Assembly (NCBI RefSeq): GCF_044704955.1
Contig: NC_091990.1
Coordinates: 27,900,001-27,964,000, forward strand
Origin: Pristiophorus japonicus
Taxonomy: Eukaryota
Reading direction: 5' to 3'
DNA length: 64,000 bases
The position numbers were made by a program, and so were the translations under genes. The notes beneath the pieces were generated by a model. The model had not been told where the DNA came from and ran no database searches. It saw nothing but the letters and a program-made list of their open reading frames with translations. Numbering within the stretch: the first letter of the stretch is position 1; every line of letters starts with the position of its first letter. Shown here piece by piece: positions 25,383 through 38,291 of the stretch.

Positions 25383-26269
25383 GTTAAGCTGAACCTAAAG
25401 CAGAACAGGACTAACATCTAATATAGCTAGAATGTTTTACAACTCTAACTAGAATTTTAAAAATATTAAGTTTTGCAGCTTTATTGAAGAACTGACGTCA
25501 TTTTACACTGCACTTTTATCAATTTTGAAGTGTTTGTTTTCCCTCATTTAATATCTCTTTGTACGTGCCTAGCTAAAAGGCTGGAAGGTGACTTTCTCTC
25601 TGGGTCATACAACCAATACATCACTAGGAATCGTTAATTAATGTGGCTTGGCATATCGTTGCCTTTCCCCCCTCCAATAGGAAATGCCTAGCTTCTACTT
25701 GGTGCCTCTTTACTACAACAGGTCTAGAAATTTAGGTACAAGTAATTGCTGGAAGATCTGCATCTTGCCACATCATAGCAGATTTTTGCAGTTACAAACA
25801 GGGTCCCTGGAATTCGGCAACAGTTAAATACTAATTTTATAGTGAAGCTGACATTGTACAGCACAAAAATGTAGTCTCTGGTAGGTTTTTCAAATGCTCC
25901 TTCAATATAATATAACGTGTTTAGAAAATAGGTATTTTAAGCTGTTCAATTTAAAACTCATTCACTGCTCAATTGGCTGCCACATAATAGCTAGCTGCCA
26001 AACATGACTCTTCACCTATCCAGGGGAGACAGCTAGGTGTTGAGCAGTAGCTAGCCAGGCTTGTGGTGGTTTGTTTTACAGGGCTGCTATTTACAGCACT
26101 GTGCAGTATGGTACAGTATAGAGCCAGAGCACTAATAAAAGTGCTGTTCAAACTGTGTTCCAGTTTCAAATTAGTTGAATTCGCAATTCAAAGTGCTGAT
26201 GAACCATGTTGAGGCACAGTAACAGGTTGATGTTGCATTCAACATTCAAACTAGGAAATATATTATTAC

Positions 26270-26400
26270 AAAAGCAAAATACTGCAGGTGCTGGAATCTG
26301 AAATAAAAACAGAAAATGCTGGAAATTACAGGCGGTCAGGCAGCATCTATGGAGAGATACAGTGTTAACGTTTCAGGCCCATGACTCTTCGTCAGAACTG
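26270..26400 (-). mobile_element. Penelope-like element terminal fragment with hammerhead motif
   Basis: Minus strand reads CAGTTCTGACGAAGAGTCATGGGCCTGAAACGTTAAC followed by ctccatagatgctgcctgacc. A related fragment lies at about 60555-60625. Confidence 0.6.
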
Positions 26401-29400
26401 AAATATATTGTAATTTTGAATATAAAAAAATTGCTGAAACAGCTCTTCATATTAAGACTTTGTTTAAAATTCAAGTACTTAAGGCCTTGGCAGAGCATCA
26501 GGCTCAGACTACTTAATTAAGGAACTGAGATATGGGGCTAGGTAACCCTTTCATTTGGTCAGCTGTGTGTCTGCATGGAAAACCCATCTCCTGCTCAAGA
26601 ATCACCAAAGCTATTTTTAAAAAGTATTTAAAAATCCATGCTATTTAAAATATCCCTGCACTTTGTTTATAGATTCTGCCACTGAGTGACTTGGTTCCAA
26701 TTTTGCATCATCAAACGTGCCTTCGTGAAGCCATCTTCTTGAATCCAACTTAACTCCATAGTGATCTTGTCTAACCTTTTTGTTTTCGTTCTCTCTCCGA
26801 GGATATGCTAGTTGGTCATTGGGAAACTAATGCTTATATAGCAGCTTCAACATAGAATATACCAGGGTGCTTCACTGGGGTTGGGGAACAGTATGGACAT
26901 TGAGGAAGAGGTAGAATTAGAGGAAATGACTGAAGGTGTGATTTTTTTTTTTGGAGTCTAAGGTAGGGATAGATGAAGTAAGAATTAGAGTGCTGGGATG
27001 TGAATGCTTTGCTGCGCTGGGGAAAATGCATAGCATTGGAATATTGGTACGTAAGCTGAGATGTAGGGCTGAATGACGTTGCACTTGCACAGGGTAATGG
27101 AGAGATTTATAGGTGAGGGTTTTGATATCGATGTGCTATGGCAGGGGCGATGGGTAAGCAAGACAAGGTACAGGATAGGATGCGTGCGGAGTTTAGGATG
27201 AGTCTGTATAGGGTGGAGTTTGAGATTGGCAAATTTAAGCTGGATGTGATGTTTTAATGGAGGTGGAAGGTCTCCATAATGGATAGAGTTTGGAGCTGAA
27301 CTCGGGATCAAACCGACTGTTGAAGTGGCAAACAGCCAGGAAGAGAGATGAATGATGGGATGATTGGTTTTCCAGCTTGTGAAGTTTTGACAGTTTCCAA
27401 AGACTTGAGGCTGGAAAAAGCTATGGCTCATCTGCAGTTTGATATTGGATCAGCAATGGGACAGCACTCAATGGTTGTGTAGTTGAGGGGGATTGTTCAT
27501 TCGTGAGGCTAGGTGTCATCAACATACATAAAGAAGCTTACAAATAATGTTACTGTATTGTAACTAGACAAGGAACAGATGGGAACCAAGAATGAAGCTT
27601 TGGGGCATGCCAGAGTTGACCATGCAAGTGTGGGAGGCATACTGTTAGAGGAAATGTGTGTGCAACTTAAGGACGGACAGCATTGAAATGATGGGGCTGG
27701 AAGGCAAATGTGGACCGGGACAACTGACTGGCATTGATTGAGCCTCTGCTAGAGGGACAGCAGCTACTAGTGTGTCATGATGAGCAGCACAACCTACCAT
27801 AGAATGTGTCCACCATTCTTAATATATCATGGGCTCGTATCATATTCCATTGCATAGAATTTGCAGTAGGTGAAGGTGCTTATTTCTCTGATAACCGGTC
27901 AACCAAATTCTGGATATAATGAGTATTTTCCACACAGCTTTGAGGTAATGCCTTCCAGCAGCTCTCTTCCCAATAATATCTGCCTTCAGCATAATGGAAG
28001 GACCCGCACAGGACAGTTTGCAATATGCCAACCACCTGAATCTTCTAGACATTTGAAGTCCAATGTTGCTTACTCATCAACTGGTTAATCTAGCTTCTCC
28101 ATGTGAAGGGCTTTGGCAGGATGTATCCACTGTGAGGCTGATTGATCACCGTGGAAATGAGAACATTCTGATTTTTGACCATTAATTTGAAAATTGGTAG
28201 AGGCAGGAAAACCAATTGTGCTGGGATATTCTGCCATGGATTCTGTCCGTGCTGAGTCATTGTGCTTTTTTTTTAAAAAAAAAGGCACTTTCCTTGGATA
28301 TGGACGTTAGTTCTGTCCCTGCTTTGATTTGGCACATGCATACACTACCCTTTCCATCTAACCTATTTTTTTCCCCACTGCTTTGTGTGTCACACGCCAG
28401 ATATTTTACTGGAAGGTATGACTTGTCTCAACATATACAGCTGAAGTTGGTGTAACCATATTGAATGCTTTTGCTAGCGAATTCATTCCAGATTGATTTA
28501 TATGGATATTATTGTAGCCTACATTTCACATTGTAAGGAAAATTCTTTAGGGTGTTAACACATTGAAATAAATTCAAGTCAAACAATGTTGAATTAAAAT
28601 GTTGTCTTCCATGCTATTACCAAAATGTACATTTTTCAAAGTGAATAAATAAATGAACAATTATTACTATTAATAAAAAATGAGATTTTGTAGATATTTG
28701 CTGGTGGAAGGCTAGAGTTTGGTTTTATATGGCACTTTTTTCTAACTACTTTTGTGCTTACTTTTAGACTTGGAATTCTGCTGACATGATGCACTGAACC
28801 TACTACAACAAGGCCTGAAAAGATGAAGAATATTTGATTCTTCAACCTTTTCACTTTCTACTTACTACTGAACTGTCAATGTTTATTCCTTTCATGTTTT
28901 GGGGACAAGGGAGTATTGGAGTGAAGATTTTTTTGTTCAGACATTACAAAGCTGCCAATTCTTCAAGTGATGCTGGGTGAGAAAGTGGTACTGATCTTGG
29001 TGATCGACCAGTACTAATATTTACTTATCTCTTCCATTCACTATTAAGCACTGGTGTCATTGTAATACTGGTAATGCTGAAGATGCAAAACTATAATGTG
29101 GGAGTTGGAATCTGTGGCTTACAGCTACAGTGGTTTTGCAGGAATCCCTGTACTGGTGAATGCTGTATTGCTTTTACGAGTTTGTTTTAGGTTAGTGTAC
29201 TGGCCTATCACTAATAAAATTCCTTAACCTCGCTAAGCACAGCCCAGTAAGTTACATTACGGTATGTATCCATTGTACAGCTTGTGTTCAGCACCTTCTT
29301 TATAGAAGGTATGTTGCAATATATTAAAATTGTACCCCTGTTCCAACCTTAACTTAAAAATAATTGTGATCAATCCATAAAGAATTCTGAAGATGACAAT

Positions 29401-30694
29401 AGGGTCTTTCTCACTGGACAAAAAGTGGATGTTTCCAGATGATTGCAGGACAATTTAAACTCATGACCACTTCTTGTTTTAAAACCATTTATTTTATGAA
29501 GAGTGCTTGCTTACCTGAAAATAAAATTTCATGTGAGCTCCATGATTTTTCTATTGCAAATCATATTGTAGCATCCCTGACAGTTTAAAATACATTAATG
29601 TGGAGCAGACACTTAAAGGAACAATCTCTTGATGCATAAATGGATGTGTCTTTGAGTTTTGCTGACTTAATGTTTTCAAACTATTGCTTTATAGCTTAAA
29701 TTGTAGAGTTAACACCTTATTGCAAAAATGGCAGGTTTGTATATAACAGGTCTATTAACTAATCTTGGTTTTTGTGTCTAAAACTTAAGTTGAAGGGGTT
29801 CCTCGGATAGAAATAGAGGGAAGCTAATTCTCAAATTGACTTGAATTCCTATTTGAAATCACAATAACTGGGATTGCAATAGCTTGTATATTTCACCTAG
29901 TCCTACTAATCCTTTAGCCCTATTTTGTGTCTCAGTTCTGTAGTAATCTTGCGTAATACTCATATGAGGCAGTATTTTGTGATTTATCTGGAGCTCATTG
30001 CAATTTCTTTAATAAATATCAAAAGCACATTTTCTTGTAAATGGAATGGCTCAGCATCCCTTATTCTTCCTAGTGCTGAAATTGAGTCTAACATTGCTGC
30101 CGATGTGATGTATTGTTTCCTACAAAATGTAGCACTTGATTTCAATCTTCAATAACATTTCTGGATTAAAGTAAACCTGTACTGTAACCGTTTGGTGTAG
30201 TCTAACACTGAGTTTCTTGTAACTACTTTGGTACAAGTGAAAATATTTCTACTGTTATGTATGGTGTGCTGTTGGTTTAAGTAAAATAGTCTTTATATCT
30301 TGAGGTATGCAGTTAAGAGGAGTTGCTATAAGTGGGTACAAATAGATAACGTGCCCACATATGAGTCAAGTACACATTGAGAACTGTCTTCCAGTGCATC
30401 AAGGAAGAAATCAGTTAAAAGAAACTTTTGAGTACAAGCTAAATCAGATACAAGGAAAACTAGTTTCAGAACACTACTAAATGGGCAAAAGAATACAATT
30501 GACTGCATGCGGGCAACATAACTAATTTGCCAGGTTTTGTGTAAGCCTAACATTTCAGCAATTAATGTTTTGATGCGCCTATAAAAGAGGTTAAACTTCA
30601 TATTGTGCCAGTAGGTTGGACTAAATAATTTTGTGCCAAAATGGATACAGGTTAAGAAATTGAGGCAAATAGCAAGATCCAGATATACAGGTCA

Positions 30695-30925
30695 CTTCTG
30701 TTGCCTAGACCCTGAGCTCTGGAATCCTCTGCATAAACCTCTCCACCTCTCTACCTTGCTTTCTTCCTTCAAGACGCTCCTTACAACATACCTCTTGGAC
30801 CCAAGCTTTTGGTCACCTGCCCTAATTTCTCTCTGTGGCTCGGTGTAAAATTTCTTTGTCTCAATACTCCTGTGAAGCGCCTTGGGACGTTTCACTATGT
30901 TAAAGGCGCTATATAAATACAAATT
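30695..30925 (+). mobile_element. L2-type LINE 3' end
   Basis: Encodes LWNPLHKPLHLSTLLSSFKTLL and ends aaaggcgctatataaatacaaattgttg. Confidence 0.8.
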
Positions 30926-32849
30926 GTTGAGTGGGGAAGGGATGGAGAAAGAAATACTTTCCCTCTAGTTGATAGAAGATTTAATGGAAACTGGCTCAGA
31001 TTTTCAGCCTGGTTCTGCCAAATTACAGGTGTAAATTTGATTGGAAATTGGGGTGGAGATCTGTAATGCTGCATCTCTGCCTAGTCTGACATGTAAAACC
31101 GGCCAGGAAGGGCCCAACTGAAGTGGGCAGGAGCAGAGAATGCTGTTTCCTGAAATGTATGGTAAGTACACATAACATAGTAATAGTATTTCAGCAATGT
31201 AACTTTTTTTTCTGCCGGCACTTAGGTTCTTGTGACCATTTGTGCCAGTTGTTATCTTTGGTTAAAGCTGTACAACAGATTGATTTTTAGCATGGTTTCT
31301 GAATACCTAAATTTGGAAAACTCTGGAAATTTGTAAATGGACATGAATAGAAAGTATGCTGTACATGAGACAGAAATTTGTCTGAAATTAGTTTTGCCGT
31401 ATGACCTCTACCGATCTTGGAATGTGGGAAATTTAAAAAAAATCTCGTGGCAATTGCTAAACTTTTTTTTTAAAGTGTGTTTCTGTGCATTTTTAAATGA
31501 GTGTTTCTGTGCATTTTTCAAAAATATAATTTTTAAACTTTATTTTATTTTAAAGTTCTTTTAAAACAAATGGTTAAAAATTTGTTATATTTCCTTAACT
31601 TCACAGATCATCAAATGGTTGATTGAAGGCGGGCTTGATTTATATCCTGCGTTTCTGTTCATTTTTTAACTTTACTTTTGCTGGCTACAGAGTGCCTTCT
31701 GCAATAGTTTTTTTTTTGTGTGTTTTTAAAAAAAATATATAGAAGATTTTTAAAGAAAGGACACTCTCTGGAGAAACAATGGAATTTATACCCTGTAGAA
31801 ATACAGGTGCCCTAATGGGTCAGCTGGTGAATAATGAGTATAGGAAGATCTTTGTGTTCCTACTAAAAGCATTTTATGCTGCATCAACTCATTTAGAAAT
31901 GTGTAATATATCCATAAAGCTATATCTCCCCTGGTTATGAACATGATTCAAAATAAGTAAGTTGAGATCAAATACTGTGTAAAATATTACTGTGCTGTTG
32001 TGACCATTCTGGGAGCTAACTTATAATTTGCAGTGAGTTCCTAATTTAATTTGGCTCATTCCTGGAGTTCTTTTTTGTGCTTTTGGCTATTTAAAAGAAA
32101 AACTCAATCTTCAAACTCAACATATTTCATACATCAGGCACTACTGTAATATATGGCCCCAATAAATTATATTTAATTTACATTATAAAAGCTAATTTTC
32201 ACTGAGCAGTTACTGCATTATAGAGCTTTATTGGACTTTTATCAAGTTGCACTGCTTTGGCCCCTTTAAATATTTAGGGAAAATGTAAGTATTGACGAGA
32301 ACTGTTCTAATCACATTTTGTAAAAGCATGTTTAAGTTTTTGTGGGCATCCATTACCTTTTATAAAAGGCAAAAAACACACTTGTAATTAAACTATAGAA
32401 ATGCTGTATAATTCCAGCAAATTGAGCCATCTGGTGGTAAAAGGGATCTTTACAGATGGCTTTTAGTAAAGAAAGAACTTGCATGCTTGTAGCACCTTTT
32501 ATGTCCTTTGACCATCCCAAAGTGCTTCACAGCCAATGCATTACGAGTGAAGTATTGTTTCATTAAACAGTGACTATCTACTTGAAACTCTTTCTTGAAA
32601 TAATTTACTACTAGCTCTAATTTAAGTTATGCATTATGTTTAGAGCTGGAGATTTTTTTTAAGCAAAATTGTGGTGTGACTTAACAGCTCCATTTACTCT
32701 TGCTTTCATTGGTGAGGAAATACTTGATAACTAAAATAATACAAATGAGTTCCAAAAATGTTTGTTTACACATCAAAAATAAAAGACCCAGAGATCAAAG
32801 CTGGATGTATGACCTCCATGATAGCCCATTTCTAATATTTGTTCCTGGA

Positions 32850-34680
32850 ATGTGGGTGCTGTTTGCAAGGCCAGTATTTATTGCCCATCCCTAATTGCCC
32901 TTGAGAAGGTGGTGGTGAGTCGCCTTCTTGAACTGCTGCAGTCCGTGTGGTGAAGGTACTCCCATAGTAGTGTTGGGGAGGGAGTTCCAGGATTTTGACC
33001 CAGTGACGATGAAGGTGATATATTTCCAAGTCAGGATAGTGTGTGACTTGGAAGGGAACTTTCAAGTGACAGTGTTCCTGTGCGCCTGTCGCCCTTGTCT
33101 TAGGTGGTAGAGGTTGTGGGTTTGGGAGGTGCTGTCAAAGTCTTGGTCAGTAGCTGCAGTGCATCTTGTAGATGGTACACACTGCAGCCACGGTGCACTT
33201 GTGGTGGAGGAAGTGATGTTTACAGTGGTGGATGGGGTGCCGATCAAGTGGGCTGTTTTGTCCTGGATGGTATTGAGCTTTTTGTGTTGTTGGAGCTGCA
33301 CTTATCCAGGCAAGTGGAGAGTATTCTGAACTTGTGCCTTGTAGATGATGAAGGCTTTGGAGAGTCAGGAGATGAGATACTCTCCACAGAATACCCAGCC
33401 TCTCCTGCTCTTGTAGCTACTGCATTTGTGTGGCTGGTCCAGTTAAGTTTCTGATTAATCGTGACCCCCCAGGATGTTGGTGGGGGATTTGACGTTGGTA
33501 ATGCTGTTGGATATCAAGAGGCAGTGGTTAGACTCTTGTTGGAGATAGTCATTGCCTGGCACTTGTGTGGCGCAAATGTTACTTGCCACTTATCAGCCCA
33601 AGCCTGGATGTTGTCCAGGTCTTGCTGCATGTGGGCATGTACGGCTTCACTGAGGAGAAGCAAATGGAACTGAACACTGCAATCATCAGCAAACATCCCA
33701 ATTCTGACCGTATGATGGAGGCAAGGTCATTGATGAAGCAGCTGAAAATGGTTCGGCCTAGGGCACTGCCCCGAGGAACTCCTGCAGCGATGTCCTGGGG
33801 CTGAGATGATTGACCTCCATCAACCACAACCAGCTTCCTTTGTGCTATGTATGACTCCAGCCAGTGTAGAGTTTTCCCCCTGATTCCCATTATGTATTAA
33901 TGCTTGGGGGGGGGGGGGGGGAGGGGTCACCAGACATCAGAGGGCACCACGGTCAGAGGTCATCGGGCTGTACGCATGTGATGTGTGCTTGGTCACCTGT
34001 ATATAAGCTGGGTGTCTTTGTCACGCTGGCACTCTTGGGCTGGAATAAAGATGGATCAGGTTGCACCTGAGTGAGTTTACAGTAACCAGACTCGAGTCAT
34101 TACACCCATTAACTTCAATTTTACTGGGGCCCCTTGATGCCACATTTGGTCAAATGCTGCCTTGATGTCAAGGGCAGTCACTCTCGCCTCACCCCTGGAA
34201 TTCAGCTATTTTGGATCAAGGCTGTATTGAGGTCTAGAGCGGAGTAGTCATGACGCAACCCAAACTGAGTATCAGTGAGCAGGTTTTTGGTAAGTGCAGC
34301 TGGATAGCATTGTCGATGACACCTTCCTGCTGATAATTGAGAGTAGACTGATGAAGTGGTAATTGGCCGGATTGGATTTGTCCTTTTTGTGGACGGAACA
34401 TACCTGGGCAGTTTTCCACATTGTGAGGTAGATGCCAATGTTGTAGCTGTACTGGAACAGCTTGGCTAGAGGCGTGGCTAGTTCTGGAGTACAAGTCTTC
34501 AGCACAACAGCCGGGATGTTGTCTGGGCCCATAGCCTTTTCTGAATCCAGTGTGCTCAGCCATTTCTTGATAGCACATGGAGTGAATTGAATTGACTGAA
34601 GACTGGCTTCTGTGGTGGTGCGGACTTGAGGAGGAGACCGATATGGATCATCCACTCAGCGCATCTGGCTGAAGATAGTT
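32850..34680 (-). mobile_element. CR1-group LINE (second family), decayed
   Basis: Minus ORFs KAMGPDNIP...NPANYHFISLLS, AGVPRGSALG and MFADDC (RT), interrupted by a solo LTR. Confidence 0.9.
33891..34104 (+). mobile_element. Solo LTR
   Basis: Interrupts the LINE. Perfect 5-bp TSD CCCAT at 33886-33890 and 34105-34109, 3' end in CA, internal TATATAA and AATAAA. Confidence 0.85.
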
Positions 34681-35206
34681 GTATTATATGGTTTTCCAGT
34701 AATCATGGATCTATTATAAATTGAAACTTTGCCGCCTTGATAGACAAACCAGGAACCCAGATGAGTACCATAGGGCTATATGGCCTATTCCTGCTCCTAT
34801 TTCTTGTGTGCATTTGCCTAATGCTTGCATTTGATGGGTAGTTATGATGAAAGATGAAATTGGTGTGATTTCCTATGGAGCTGCTTAATGGCCGACCTTT
34901 GATCTCCACAGAAGACAAACTAATTTCAAATATCTCCCAATAGAATAGACTCTGGTTCATTTTTGTCACTATATAAAAATGTTTCTTAAAATTTATAATA
35001 GTGAGATTACTGACCAAGGGGTCAGATTTTTACCTGTGGTTGTAGCTACAAGATGATTATGTTGAGAGTACCTTGCAAAGTAGTCCTCAAACAATGGAAG
35101 GCAACTCCAGTTTCCACTTGTGGATAACTGACCTCAAAAGCTAGAGGTAACCCTCTTGGTTGGAGAATCTGTAATAAAATGGTTTTAGATTTGGCAAAGA
35201 GCTTAA

Positions 35207-35614
35207 GGGCTAGAATTTTGCCAGACTCTTGTTATTTGACAAACCATGCTATTTTTGTGAAAAAAATAAGAGAAATGTTGCCATTTTTAATGGGGTAAGC
35301 TTGGCCAAAAAATACCCCTGTCATTTAAAAAAACGGCACTGCTGGAGGAATCGTGTTGGGAAACACCGCCCTCTCCAACTTTACCGCAAGGCTGATACTG
35401 TGGGAAAAATACAGGGGGGAAAAACAACCCCCAAAATTTTCCAAAATAAAAATTGAGAAAACATTCACAAAAGCATTAACAGAAAATGGCGATTATTTTG
35501 ACAACGCCATCCTTAAGGTTTGTGAAATTTTAAGCAGTTTATTTTTAAGACAATTTATTTTCACATGAAAAAAATCACGTTACAATGCACATTAGGATGG
35601 CAAAACTTTAGCCC
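35207..35614. mobile_element. MITE, PIF/Harbinger-like
   Basis: TIRs GGGCTAGAATTTTGCCA / TGGCAAAACTTTAGCCC flanked by TAA and TTA. The superfamily is inferred from the TWA flanks. Confidence 0.75.
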
Positions 35615-35653
35615 TTAGCTTCTCTTTATCAACACCCTCACAAAAGGTGATCG

Positions 35654-37430
35654 AAACATAGAAGATAGGTGTGGGAGTAGGCCATTTGGCCCTTCGAGCC
35701 TGCACCACCATTCAATATGATCATGGCTGATTATGCACTTCAGTACCCCATTCCTGCTTTCTCTCCATACCCCTTGATCCCTTTAGCTACAAGGGCCACA
35801 TCTAACTCCCTTTTGAATATATCTAACGAACTGGCCTCAACAACTTTCTGTGGTAGAGAATTCCAAGTGCTCACAAATTTGAGTGAAGAAGTTTCTCCTC
35901 ATCTTGATCCTAAATGGCTTACTCCTTATCCTTAGACTGTGACCTCTGGTTCTGGACTTCCCCAATATCGGGAACATTCTTCCTGCAGCTAACCTGTCCA
36001 ATCCTGTCAGAATTTTATGTTTCCATGAGATCCCTTCTCATTCATCTAAATTCCATTGAATATAAGCCTAGTCGATCCAGTCTTTCTTCATATGTCAGTC
36101 CTGTCATCCCGGGGATCAGCCTGGTAAACCTTTGCTGCACTCCCTCAATAGCAAGAATATCCTTCCTCAGATTAGGAGACCAAAACTGTACACAATATTC
36201 AAGGTGTGGTCTCACCAAAGCCCTGTATAACTGTAGTAAGACCTCCCTGCTCCTACACTCAAATCCTCTCGCTATGAAGGCCAACATGCCATTTGCTGCC
36301 TTAACCGCCTGCTGTACCTGCATGCCAACTTTCAATGACTGATGCACTATGACACCCAGGTCTCGTTGCACCTCCCCTTTTACTAATCTGTCACCATTCA
36401 GAAAATCTGGCTTCCGGTTTTTACCACCAAAGTGGATAACCTCACATTTATCTACATTATACCACATCTGCCATGTATTTGCCCACTCTCCTAACCTGAC
36501 CAAGTCACCCTGCAGCCTCTTAGCATCCTCCTCACAGCTCTCACTGCCACCCAGCTTAGTGTCATCTGCAAACTTGGAGATACTACATTCAATTCCTTTG
36601 TCCAAATCGTTAATTTATATTGTAAATGGCTGGGGTCCCAGCACTGAATCTTGCGGTAACCCACTAGTCACTGCCTGCCATTCTGAAAAGGACCCGTTTA
36701 TTCCGACTCTTTGCTTCCTGTCTGCCAACCAGTTCTCTATCCAAGTCAGTACATTACCCCCAATACCATGTGCTTTAATTTTGCACACCAATCTCTTGTG
36801 TGGGACCTTGTCAAAAGCCTTTTGAAAGTCTAAATACACCACATCCACTGGCTCCCCCTTGTCCACTCTACTAGTTATATCCTCAAAAAATTCTAGAAGA
36901 TTTGTCGAGCATGATTTCCCTTTCATAAATCCATGCTGACTTGGACTGATCCTGTCACTGCTTTCCAAATGCGCTGCAATTACATCTTTAATAATTGATT
37001 CCAACATTTTCCCCACTACCGATGTCAGGCTGACCGGTCTATAATTCCCTGTTTTGTTTTCTTTTTTTAAAAAAGTGGGGTTACATTAGCTACCTTCCAG
37101 TCCATAGGAACTGATCCAAAGTCTATAGAATGTTGGAAAATGACCAACAATGCATGCACTATTTCTAGGGCCACTTCCTTAAGTACTCTGGGATGCAGAC
37201 AATCAGGCCCTGGAGATTTACCGGCCTTCAATCCCATCAATTTCCCCAAGATAATTTGCTGACTAATAAGGATTTCCTTTAGTTCCTCCTTCTCTCTAGA
37301 CCCTAGTATTTCCGGAAGGTTATTTGTGTCTTTAGTGAAGACAGACCAAAGTATTTGTTCAATTGGTCTGCCATTTCTTTGTTCACCATTATAAATTCAC
37401 CTGATTCTGACTGTAAGGGACCCACATTGT
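35654..37430 (-). mobile_element. CR1 LINE, 5'-truncated
   Basis: Minus ORFs KSPGPD, QHGFMKGKSC, YLDFQKAFDKVPH, ISKFADDTKL and LVRPHLEYC, with the tail at about 35654. Confidence 0.96.
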
Positions 37431-38090
37431 TTTCTCTCCTTCCTTTGCTCTGTCCTCATTCCTTGAGCACTTGGACTGAAAATTTTACTAATCATAGCAT
37501 TGGCTCTAATCACTTTACTTCTTTCTTCTCACTAAAGGTTTTAATTTATTGATCTGACTGAGGCATAAGTCATACAATAGATTTTTGTGCAAACTAATCA
37601 TGGAGCTTATTTATTAGAGTTTTAAACTGAGCTGCTGGGGCCATGGTGCTGTGCAAACAAACTGGTATAATTTATTAATAGGTTTTATGAATTGATTTCC
37701 AAAAACATTTGCAAAATTCCACACCGGTCTACTACTAAAGCTTGGAATGTTAAAAATGTGAGATGAAATATAGGTATGGATGAGAATTTGTAGAATGTGA
37801 TGAAATATAGGTATGACTGAACAGTAAGATTAAGGGGTATTTCTGGTTATGATGGTTGGGGGCATATGCTGAGTGTTCCAGGGATCAGTGTTGGGACTCT
37901 TAATTCACAGTAACAACTGTATATAAATAAGCTCTGCAAACTCAACAAACCAAACTCAGGGACAATTGAATCTGTGGAGGCATTTTAGGCACTACAAAAT
38001 ATGTAACTTGCACAAGAAGGAATAAATTGGTTGTGAAAGACAAAGTTTTGGAGTATTTACATAGAGGGTTATTTGAGAGTTTGAACAGGT

Positions 38091-38291
38091 TATTATGTAT
38101 GGGGAAAGAGTCAGACTGAATACTGTGAGCTCAAAGTAATGTCTTTTATTGCAGGTCTCCAGAGTGCCCCTCCAACTTATGAGGCCTCCTTAAATACCTG
38201 TGCTCCCAAGAGATTATGGGATCCCTTGGGACTCCAGAGGATGAGCCCTCTGGTGGCTGTACAGAGTAAATACAAGTTTACATATATAACA
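38091..38291 (-). mobile_element. Solo Gypsy-type LTR inside a degenerate CR1
   Basis: Reverse complement begins TGTTATAT and contains GTCCCAAGGGATCCCA...TTGGGAGCAC, shared with the LTR at 46258-46448. TSD ambiguous. Confidence 0.8.
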
